In this document: positions 20,066 through 28,685 of the stretch, piece by piece | How positions within the stretch are numbered: the stretch's first letter is position 1 | Layout of the letters: every line of letters begins with the position of its first letter | From: a bacterium | GTDB lineage: Bacteria > JAHJDO01 | Length of the DNA: 64,000 bases | NCBI GenBank assembly: GCA_043824255.1 | Contig: JBDRTG010000043.1 | Coordinates: 1 to 64,000 of the forward strand | Direction: 5' to 3' | Translations under genes and position numbers: made by a program | Notes under the pieces: model-generated | What the model saw: only the letters and a program-made list of their open reading frames with translations | Database searches by the model: none | Told to the model about the DNA's origin: nothing

Positions 20066-21028
20066 CTACAAGCCAGTGTTGCTGTCTTTATAGAGCATCT
20101 TGTTATCAAACATAAAACTGCGGCTTGTCCACTTTTTATCCGGCTCTTGAGACTTTCCTACCATCTCTTGAAAGCCCGATATCTTTGCATCCATATCATC
20201 CAGATAATGAAGTATAACTGCTTCCAATACCTTCGGCTTCTTGGGTGATCCCCATTCATACTGTCCATGATGACTGAGAAGCATATGTTCAAGCAGCATT
20301 TCCAATTCCGCTGGAAACTGGGAAATCTCAGCTATCTTCGACTTTACCATTTGTGCTCCTATTACAATATGGCCTATCAACCTGCCTCTATCTGTGTAAT
20401 CAAAGGCATGTAAATATTCATACTCATATATCTTGCCAATATCGTGTAAAATGGCACCTGTTAGGAGAAGGTCTTTATTAATGTTTTTATAATACTTATC
20501 TATTTCCATGCACATACTGGCTACTGATAAAGTATGTTCCAGCAATCCGCCAATGAAATAATTATGCATCTTTATAGATGCAGGAGCTTTTTTGAATAAC
20601 TCCCTATATTCTTTCACTTCAAAGACTGCATGTAGCAAATTCTTAAGCCATTTATTTTTGATACTATCAATTATGCTGACAATTTGGTTAAACATTATGT
20701 CTATGTCCTTATCAGTCTTTGGAAGGAATTCGTCAATATCTATTTTATCCTGGTCCACTCTTTGAATCTGTTTAATATTTATCTGTAACATATTCTGAAA
20801 ACTTTCCACTATGCCAATAATCCTTACAAAATCATTATCCTTGAATAACTGAGACATTTCTTCTGCCTTATCCCAAATTCTTCCTGCAGTCTCTCCTGAT
20901 TTATCTACAAGTTCAAATGCAAGATAAGATTTATTATTTTTTGTTATCCTCATGTGTTTATTTCGCACAATAAATACACTGTCAATCTTATCATCAATCC
21001 TGAGTTCAACTGCATACTGTTTAGCCAT
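20066..21028 (-). CDS. yhaM: YhaM/Cbf1 family 3'-5' exoribonuclease (OB fold plus HD domain)
   Basis: OB fold; APAS..MH...GGLLEH; LHDIGKI; SHHG..EWGSP. ATG 21028 chosen for SD spacing (ORF track start 21037). Confidence 0.85.
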   Translation of the reverse strand: MAKQYAVELRIDDKIDSVFIVRNKHMRITKNNKSYLAFELVDKSGETAGRIWDKAEEMSQLFKDNDFVRIIGIVESFQNMLQINIKQIQRVDQDKIDIDEFLPKTDKDIDIMFNQIVSIIDSIKNKWLKNLLHAVFEVKEYRELFKKAPASIKMHNYFIGGLLEHTLSVASMCMEIDKYYKNINKDLLLTGAILHDIGKIYEYEYLHAFDYTDRGRLIGHIVIGAQMVKSKIAEISQFPAELEMLLEHMLLSHHGQYEWGSPKKPKVLEAVILHYLDDMDAKISGFQEMVGKSQEPDKKWTSRSFMFDNKMLYKDSNTGL

Positions 21029-21719
21029 GTTCTTCAATCCTCCTCACTATTTTTATTAACTCCCTGACTTTCACAGGATCTTTTATTCCTTTTCCTTTTT
21101 CCACACCGCTTGCAACATCAATACCATAGGGATTGACTTGGTTTATAGCATCCTTGACATTAGAAGGCGTTATTCCACCTGCAAGGAACACAGGCACATC
21201 CAGATTTTTAAAGAGCTCAACTACTGTGTTCCAATTGGAAATTTCGCCTGTTCCTCCGTGTTGAATACCATTATTAGATCTATAAACTGTATCGATAAGA
21301 ATTACATCAACACCATTATCCACATAAGTATTTATTCTCGTTCTTACCTGCCCAATATTAATATCAGTACATTCTTCTAAAGATGGTAAATGTATTGATT
21401 TCCATATCATTACATCCGGTATTTTAGATTTTATCTCTCTTACCAGTTCCGGTTTTTCCTGATTGAGAAGTTGAAATGCATACGGCCTCAATCTATTATA
21501 TGCAATTTCAATTTCTTTGAACGTTGGCTCCCATAAAAGGATAACAACGGGTATTCTTGCTCTTCTGCATAAACTTTCCGCTTTTTCTGCATCAACGCTA
21601 CGTGGAGAAACAGCAACATTGAGCAAAATCCCTGCATAATCAGCACCTGAGGATGAAACTAGTTCTATATCCTTAAGATTTGTAATGCCACAAATTTTAA
21701 TTTTAGGGGTTGCAAACAT
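21021..21719 (-). CDS. trpF: Phosphoribosylanthranilate isomerase
   Basis: KIKICGIT, SPRSV, GGTG, LAGGITPSNV, GIDVASGVE. Confidence 0.9.
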   Translation of the reverse strand: MFATPKIKICGITNLKDIELVSSSGADYAGILLNVAVSPRSVDAEKAESLCRRARIPVVILLWEPTFKEIEIAYNRLRPYAFQLLNQEKPELVREIKSKIPDVMIWKSIHLPSLEECTDINIGQVRTRINTYVDNGVDVILIDTVYRSNNGIQHGGTGEISNWNTVVELFKNLDVPVFLAGGITPSNVKDAINQVNPYGIDVASGVEKGKGIKDPVKVRELIKIVRRIEEHG

Positions 21720-21804
21720 AGATTTTTATAGCAAATAGTTCTATTGCCTGTCAAGTTATGGTAGAATTAGGATTTGGAATTAAAAAATTTGGAGGGAGGT
21801 TAAA

Positions 21805-22791
21805 ATGCTTAAAGCCGGAATAGTTGGTATGGGACATATGGGAGAAAGACACATTAATAGCTATAAGAATATAGATAATGTAGAAGTTAACGCAGTTAAT
21901 GATGTGCGGATTAATGAATTAAAAAAGAAGTTTGATCTTGAAGGGATTAAAACATACGAAAAATTTGAGAATCTGCTGAATGACAAAGACATAGATTTTG
22001 TTGATATATGCTTACCAACATTTCTTCATAAGGAACATACTATTAGGGCGCTTGATGCAGGCAAGCATGTAATTTGTGAAAAACCTATGGCTATGAATGT
22101 TGAGGAATGTGACGCAATGATTGAAGCCCAGAAAAAAAGTAATAAATTTCTCATGATTGCACAATGCATCAGATTCTGGCCGGAATATGAAATACTTAAA
22201 GATTATGTTTCTCAGAACAAGTTTGGCAGGCTTCTGTCATTATATCTGCTTCGGGCATGTCAAACCCCTTCATGGTCGTGGAATAGCTGGCTGACGCAAG
22301 GAAGTAAAAGCGGTGGCGCAATACTGGATCTGCACGTCCATGATGTGGATATGGTGAATTATCTATTAGGTATGCCAGAAGCTGTATATAGTGTTGGAGC
22401 GAATGCAATAAAAGGTGGAGGAATTGATATATTGTCAACACAGTACTTATACGATAAGGATATTGTAGCAACAGTGGATTGCAACTGGGTTGTCGAGGGA
22501 GGATTTGGATTTGAGATGAGTTACAGAGCGTGTTTTGAAGAAGGTACTATTATTTTCTCTTCCAAGCATGAGCCTAAGATTAAGTTATATCCCAAAGATG
22601 AGAATGAATTCACTCCTGAATTGGATAAACACACTGCATATGAGAAAGAGCTATCATATTTTGCAGACTGTATAGAAAAAGGCAAAGAGCCTGAAATAAT
22701 TACCCCAAAAAGCGCTCGAGATACAATAAAAATAGTAACTGCTGAACTGAAATCGATTAAATCTAAAGAGAAAGTAATTCTCAAAGTCTAG
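21805..22791 (+). CDS. Gfo/Idh/MocA family oxidoreductase
   Basis: GIVGMGHMG, HVICEKPMA, SGGAILDLHVHDVD. Confidence 0.92.
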   Translation: MLKAGIVGMGHMGERHINSYKNIDNVEVNAVNDVRINELKKKFDLEGIKTYEKFENLLNDKDIDFVDICLPTFLHKEHTIRALDAGKHVICEKPMAMNVEECDAMIEAQKKSNKFLMIAQCIRFWPEYEILKDYVSQNKFGRLLSLYLLRACQTPSWSWNSWLTQGSKSGGAILDLHVHDVDMVNYLLGMPEAVYSVGANAIKGGGIDILSTQYLYDKDIVATVDCNWVVEGGFGFEMSYRACFEEGTIIFSSKHEPKIKLYPKDENEFTPELDKHTAYEKELSYFADCIEKGKEPEIITPKSARDTIKIVTAELKSIKSKEKVILKV

Positions 22792-22824
22792 ACAAAAACC
22801 TGTTTATTACATAGGAGGTGGTTT

Positions 22825-24088
22825 GTGAAAATATTTAAGGAAGGGGGGGCATCGCCTGTTTGAGAAAGATCCTGAAACAGTAAAAGTAGTTGTAGATATG
22901 CTGCAGGATCTGGAAAAAAACGGTGTGGATGCTGTAAGGAAATACAGCAAAAAATTTGACGATTGGAATCCAGAGTGTTTTGAATTAAATCAGAAACAAA
23001 TTAATGAAGCCATAGACAAACTAGCTCCTCAAGTTGTTGAAGATACGGATTTTTGCCAGAAAAATGTTAGAAAATTTGCGCAGGCTCAATTTGAGACTTT
23101 AAAACCCCTAGAAATTCAGATACGTGACGGTGTTATACTAGGACACAAACATATTCCGGTAAATATTGTGGGTAGTTATATTCCGGGAGGTCGCTATCCT
23201 ATGTTCGGGTCTGCACAGATGAGTATCATTCCTGCTAAAGTAGCTGGTGTAAAAAATGTTTATGCATGCACACCTCCGGTAAAAGGGCAAGGGTATTATC
23301 CTGCTACCATTAATGCCATGAAGAAAGCAGGAGCAGACAGAATTTTCGTTATCGGAGGTGTGCCGGCTTTGGCCATGATGGCTTTCGGTATGGGGGTAGT
23401 AGAACCCGTAGATATTCTTTGTGGCGCCGGCAATAAATACGTAGCTGAGGCAAAGAGACAATTGTTCGGTCGCTGTGGCATAGATCTCCTGGCCGGGCCC
23501 ACAGAAATAATGATTATCGCTGATGACCAAGCGGATCCATCGTTGGTTGCCTGTGACTTGCTAGGGCAAGCAGAACATGATCCAAACAGTGGTATTGCCC
23601 TGGTATGTTTTAGCGAAAACTTTGCTGAAAAGACTGCTGAGGAAATCAAAAAACAACTAGCTGTATTACCGACCAGGGATGTTGCAGAAATTTCTTGGGG
23701 CAATAATGGGCGAATATATATTGCAGACGATAGAGATGAAGCTATTAGAATAAGTGATGACTATGCGCCAGAACATCTTGAACTACACCTCAGGGATCAA
23801 GATTATTATTTTGACCGATTGACTAATTACGGTTCCCTTTTTATAGGCGAAGAAACCACCGTGGCTTACGGAGATAAGTCTATCGGCACTAATCATATCC
23901 TTCCCACCAGCCGCTCGGCACGTTATACAGGAGGTGTATGGGTAGGTAAATTTTTAAAAACCTGTACTTATCAGAGAATGACACCAGAGGCCAGCAAAAT
24001 CATTGGTAAAGTCACTGAACGACAATGCAATATAGAAAGGATGCTGGCACATGGCATTACAGCCAAAGCACGGGTTGATAAATATTAA
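22825..24088 (+). CDS. Histidinol dehydrogenase-family protein, sulfopropanediol 3-dehydrogenase (HpsN)-like; +1 frameshift in a G7 tract at 22843-22849 (uninterrupted ORF is 22898..24088)
   Basis: YIPGGRYP, GNKYVAEAKRQLFG, DLLAGPTE, DLLGQAEH, YGDKSIGTNHILPT, YTGGVWVGKFLKTCTYQ; strong SD AGGAGGTG before GTG 22825. Confidence 0.8.
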
Positions 24089-24108
24089 TTTTTTAATAAA
24101 AAAAGGGG

Positions 24109-24879
24109 ATGATAATGGACCATCAGATGTTTAAGCTTGACGGCAAAACAGCATTGATTACCGGTGCCGCCACAGGATTAGGTGCTGCGATTTCAATAGC
24201 TTTGGCAAAAGCTGGGGCCAATATTGCCATATCAGATAAACCTGATGAGAATCTTGACTCTACTGCTATAAAGGCAAAAGATTTTGGACATAAAATTTTT
24301 GCTTTTGATATGGATGTTCGTAATTTAAATCAGATAAAAAAAGGTATTGCTGCAGTTGAAAAAGAATTTAGCAGGATAGATATTGTGATTAATAATGCAG
24401 GGATTAACAGACCAACAGTCGGTTTGGATGTAACAGGGGAAGTATGGGATAATCATTTTAATACAAATGTAAAAGGCGGTTTTTTTGTGGCCCAAACTGC
24501 TGCATCCGGAATGATAAAACGCAAATGGGGTCGTATTATATTTATTTCGAGCCAATCAGGCTTAATTGGAATTCCAGGTCAGCCTGTTTACTGTTCCACA
24601 AAAGGCGCTGTAATACAGCTTGTGCGCACGTTGGGTGTAGAGTGGGCAAAACATGGAATCACAGTGAATTCGATTGCTCCCACTTTTGTAGAGACTAATA
24701 TGACACGGAAGCGATTACAACATGAGGAGTTCAGAAAATTTGTACTGGGAAAAATTCCATGCGGTAAACTTGCCACTCCTGAAGATATTGCAGCAGCAGC
24801 AGTTTATCTTGCCAGTGAAGAGGCTGGGATGGTTAATTGCATTACCCTTTCTGTGGATGGCGGCTGGACAGCCTGGTGA
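24109..24879 (+). CDS. Short-chain dehydrogenase/reductase
   Basis: TGAATGLG, NNAG, YCSTKG, VDGGWT. Confidence 0.93.
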   Translation: MIMDHQMFKLDGKTALITGAATGLGAAISIALAKAGANIAISDKPDENLDSTAIKAKDFGHKIFAFDMDVRNLNQIKKGIAAVEKEFSRIDIVINNAGINRPTVGLDVTGEVWDNHFNTNVKGGFFVAQTAASGMIKRKWGRIIFISSQSGLIGIPGQPVYCSTKGAVIQLVRTLGVEWAKHGITVNSIAPTFVETNMTRKRLQHEEFRKFVLGKIPCGKLATPEDIAAAAVYLASEEAGMVNCITLSVDGGWTAW

Positions 24880-24889
24880 TAAAATATAC

Positions 24890-26989
24890 TTATGATTTTG
24901 GCAGAGGTTTTGCGTTTCTGCATTTAGGATAGCCGCTGCATGCTAAGAATTTTTGCCCTCGTCGATTTGTTTTTATCAGCATTTTGCTTCCGCATTTCTC
25001 GCAAATTTGATCTGACTCCTCAGGAGGCTTTCTTTCTACAATCTTTCCGTCCTTATCAAGACTCTTTGTGTTCCTGCATTTAGGATATCCGCTGCATGCC
25101 AGAAATTGCCCGCCTCTGGATGTTTTTATCAGCATAGAACTCCCGCATTTCTCGCATTTATATTCTGTTTCTTGCGCAGGTACGTCTTTTATCAAGGGAT
25201 CATCATTTTCAATAGCTTTTGTTTGTTTGCATTTCGGGAATGAGGTACATGCATAGAATCTTCTGCCAAATCTCCATTTAATAACCATGGGACTCCCGCA
25301 TTTCTCGCATTTCACTTTTGTCTTTTCTGGAGTTTCAGCTTGTGCAAGGTTCTTTTCAAAATGCACATAAAACTGCTTAAGTACATCAATCCAGTCTTTT
25401 TTGCCGCTTTCAATCAGGTCCAGAAGTGATTCCATATCTGCGGTAAACTTTATGTCAAGAATATCGGAGAATTTTTCAATTAAAAAATTATTTGCGAGGA
25501 CTCCTGTATTTGTAGGATGAAAGAATCCTTTTATTTTTGTCACATATTTTCTGTTCTGTATAGTATTAATTGTTGGCGCATAAGTTGAAGGTCTCCCTAT
25601 TCCTTTCTCATCCAATACTCGTATTAATGTGCCTTCTGTATATCGAGCAAGCGGCTTTGTGAAATGTTGTTCAGGTAATAACTTTAGCAATTTCAGTATA
25701 TCGCCCTCTTTTAACAGAGGAAGTTTTGGCTCATCTTCTTTAGTGCTATTTCCACGAATTGCCGTATGCCCCGAAAATAAAACAGTTGATCCTGAAGCAG
25801 TGAATATATAGTCACCTGCTTTAATTTCTGCTGTTGTGGACTGAACGACTGCAGGCGCCATCTGGCTTGCAACAAATTTATTCCATATAAGCTTGTACAG
25901 CTTGAACTGATCATCTGTAAGGAATTTTTTGATTTTTTCAGGATCTCTTGAAGCGCTTGTTGGACGAATTGCTTCATGTGCGTCTTGCGCTGTTTTTTTG
26001 CTTTTGTAAAAATTAGGTTTAGATGGCAGATATTGCTCTCCATATTTACTTTTTATATAATTTCTCACTGCATTAATAGCTTCCGCTGATACACGCACGG
26101 AATCTGTTCGCATATAAGTAATCAATCCTGCTGTGCCTTCCCCTGTTTCCAGCCCTTCATAGAGCTGCTGTGCAATTTTCATGGTTCTCGTAGATGAAAA
26201 GTACAATTTTGAACTTGCCTCCTGTTGAAGTCTGCTTGTTATCAATGGCGGAGAAGCAGATCTTTTTTGCGTTTTTATATCTACCTTTGATACAACAAAT
26301 TTCGCATTTTTAACATTTTTAGCTATCTTGTCCGCCAGCTCTTTATTTGTAACCTTAAGCTTAGATAATTTTGCTTTCAAATTTTCGCTGGCAGAAGTTT
26401 CAAGGTCAGCTATTATTGTCCAATACTCTTCGGACTTGAATTTCTGAATCTCTCTCTCCCTGTCAATTATAATTCTTACCGTAACAGACTGAACTCTTCC
26501 TGCGCTTAAGTTCCTTCCTACTGTTTTCCATAAAACGGGGCTGATCTTATATCCGACAATTCTGTCCAGAATTCTTCTTGCCTGCTGAGCATTTACTTTA
26601 TCCATTTCAATATCCAGCGTATTACCAAAAGCAGACTTTACTGAGGATGAGGTAATTTCATGGAGAAGGACACGAAAGATTTTCTTATCTTTACATATCG
26701 AGTTTTTTAAATGCCATGATATTGCTTCACCTTCTCTGTCCGGGTCAGTTGCAAGATAGACTGCATCAGATTTCTGTGCTTGCGCAGCTAGTTCCTTCAG
26801 GATTTTTTGTTTGCCTTTTATGACAACATACTTAGGATCAAAATCATGCTCAATATCTACTCCGAATTCTTTTGCAGGCAAGTCTATAATATGCCCCATG
26901 GATGCTTTCACAACAAAATTAGAACCTAAATATCGGTTGATTGTTTTTGCTTTTGCAGGCGATTCAACAATGACAAGTGATTTAGGCAT
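24890..26989 (-). CDS. topA: DNA topoisomerase I with three C-terminal zinc ribbons
   Basis: LVIVESPAKAKTI, DPDREGEAI, SAGRVQS, ITYMRTD, GIGRPSTYA; three CEKCG...ACxxxPKC repeats. Confidence 0.97.
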   Translation of the reverse strand: MPKSLVIVESPAKAKTINRYLGSNFVVKASMGHIIDLPAKEFGVDIEHDFDPKYVVIKGKQKILKELAAQAQKSDAVYLATDPDREGEAISWHLKNSICKDKKIFRVLLHEITSSSVKSAFGNTLDIEMDKVNAQQARRILDRIVGYKISPVLWKTVGRNLSAGRVQSVTVRIIIDREREIQKFKSEEYWTIIADLETSASENLKAKLSKLKVTNKELADKIAKNVKNAKFVVSKVDIKTQKRSASPPLITSRLQQEASSKLYFSSTRTMKIAQQLYEGLETGEGTAGLITYMRTDSVRVSAEAINAVRNYIKSKYGEQYLPSKPNFYKSKKTAQDAHEAIRPTSASRDPEKIKKFLTDDQFKLYKLIWNKFVASQMAPAVVQSTTAEIKAGDYIFTASGSTVLFSGHTAIRGNSTKEDEPKLPLLKEGDILKLLKLLPEQHFTKPLARYTEGTLIRVLDEKGIGRPSTYAPTINTIQNRKYVTKIKGFFHPTNTGVLANNFLIEKFSDILDIKFTADMESLLDLIESGKKDWIDVLKQFYVHFEKNLAQAETPEKTKVKCEKCGSPMVIKWRFGRRFYACTSFPKCKQTKAIENDDPLIKDVPAQETEYKCEKCGSSMLIKTSRGGQFLACSGYPKCRNTKSLDKDGKIVERKPPEESDQICEKCGSKMLIKTNRRGQKFLACSGYPKCRNAKPLPKS

Positions 26990-26992
26990 GTT

Positions 26993-28105
26993 TTATATCC
27001 TTATGAACATTTTGCCTGGAACTTGCCTTATAATCTTTTTAAGCTCCAAGGTCAAGAGAATCTGCGATAGAGTACCTATTGAGAATTGTGTCTTATCCAT
27101 GATCTTATCTATATGGACAGGTTCATCAGACAGAGTATCATATATCTTTTTCTCTTCCGGAGATAGATTCGCTGGCTTTAGAGGTATGCTCTCTCTGGTT
27201 TTTTTGCGCGTTATTTTGTTCGTGTACACTGTTGGCTGGAGTTCCGAAAGTATATCCTCAACATTCTGAACCAGTTTTGCGCCATGCTTTATTAATCCAT
27301 TGACTCCCTCTGAATTTTGCGTATTGATTTTTCCCGGCACAGAGAAAACCTCTCTGCCTTGTTCCAAAGCAAATCTAGCTGTAATGAGCGAACCGCTGCG
27401 TGAGGAAGCTTCAGCAACAATTACTCCAAGCGATAATCCACTAATTATCCTGTTTCTTCTTGGGAAGTTTTCTCTTGACGGAGAGGTTCCCATACCAAAT
27501 TCTGAGATTATAGCACCTTGTTCCTGAATTTGTTCGGCAAGCTCTCCATTTTCTTTTGGATATACAATGTCCACTCCACACCCTAAAACAGCAATGGTCT
27601 TGCCTCCTGCACTGAGAGCTGCCCTGTGGGCAATGGAATCTATCCCTCTTGCCATTCCACTCACGATTATAAAGCCCCGCAGGGTAAGCTCCATACTCAG
27701 CTCTTTTGTGATTTTTTCGCCGTAAGGAGAGGCTTTTCTTGTTCCAACTATAGCTATTGATGGAATAAACTCAAAAGGAGAACTGCTTTTAATATAGAGC
27801 ACTGCTGGTGGAGAATGGATATTCTTTAGATAAAAAGGATACTCATCATCAAGAATTGTAATAATTCTTATTCCTTTCTCTTTGATTAATGCTAATTCCC
27901 GTTCTATATCAACAAACTTTTCCCAGTGTATTATGTTATCCATGATGTTTTTTCTCAGACCGCTGGTCTTTCTTAACTCGCTCTCCGATGTTTCTAATAT
28001 TGCTCCCGGTTCTCCAAGTTTATCTATCAAATTTTGTATACCAACCGGACCTAATCCTGGAATTAGATTTAAAATTAGAAGCGCTGTACGGTTATCCATA
28101 CTCAT
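26993..28105 (-). CDS. dprA: DNA-processing protein DprA/Smf
   Basis: IAIVGTR, IVSGMARGID, NFPRRNRIISGLS, SGSLITA; C-terminal winged helix. Start may be ATG 28099. Confidence 0.96.
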   Translation of the reverse strand: MSMDNRTALLILNLIPGLGPVGIQNLIDKLGEPGAILETSESELRKTSGLRKNIMDNIIHWEKFVDIERELALIKEKGIRIITILDDEYPFYLKNIHSPPAVLYIKSSSPFEFIPSIAIVGTRKASPYGEKITKELSMELTLRGFIIVSGMARGIDSIAHRAALSAGGKTIAVLGCGVDIVYPKENGELAEQIQEQGAIISEFGMGTSPSRENFPRRNRIISGLSLGVIVAEASSRSGSLITARFALEQGREVFSVPGKINTQNSEGVNGLIKHGAKLVQNVEDILSELQPTVYTNKITRKKTRESIPLKPANLSPEEKKIYDTLSDEPVHIDKIMDKTQFSIGTLSQILLTLELKKIIRQVPGKMFIRI

Positions 28106-28301
28106 ACTTTATATAAATTGAATTTAAAATACAAGAAAAACCAAAAATACATCTCCAGACGAAGCAATCTCTGCGAAAAACAGAAATTGATAATTGTCTA
28201 TAAATCGTCTACTATACGTCTATTATGTTTCAGCCTAAATATACAATCACAAATAGACTTCTAGTAATGCCTACAAGTCCATCGCATGCGGTAGAAACAT
28301 A

Positions 28302-28580
28302 ATGGAAATTTATAAAATTGTTGGTTGGCTTGCGTTAGTTGCAACAATTATGTACACATGTTTTGGGATACCTGTCCAGGTATACAAAAACTATAAAAGG
28401 AAATCCACAGCAGGTCTATCCCTGTTTATGATATCATTTATGAGCTTAACACTTTTTCTATGGTCACTTTATGCATGGGTTAAAACCCCAAAGGATTGGT
28501 TTATTTTTAGCGCTAACCTGCCGGGCTTTGTTTGTATTATTATTCTGTTATTTCAGTTTTGGCATTATCGAAATTCATAA
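28302..28580 (+). CDS. SemiSWEET/PQ-loop family small transporter
   Basis: 92 aa with three TM helices; IPVQVYKNYKRKSTAGLS. Confidence 0.8.
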   Translation: MEIYKIVGWLALVATIMYTCFGIPVQVYKNYKRKSTAGLSLFMISFMSLTLFLWSLYAWVKTPKDWFIFSANLPGFVCIIILLFQFWHYRNS

Positions 28581-28685
28581 TGTGCTTCTTTTGTTCAGAA
28601 AAGCATGATAAAATTTAGAAGCTAACTCTAAAACACGAAGTTTATATATTAGTTGTTAGGGAAAAATAGCAGATATAATTAATAA

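Noticed and set aside
22898..24088. Canonical biosynthetic hisD
   Set aside because: C-terminal motifs and neighbours fit the HpsN-like branch better, so no gene symbol was assigned.
28581..28685. T-box leader for leuS (or thrS)
   Set aside because: Intergenic space is too short and no T-box consensus or antiterminator is visible.
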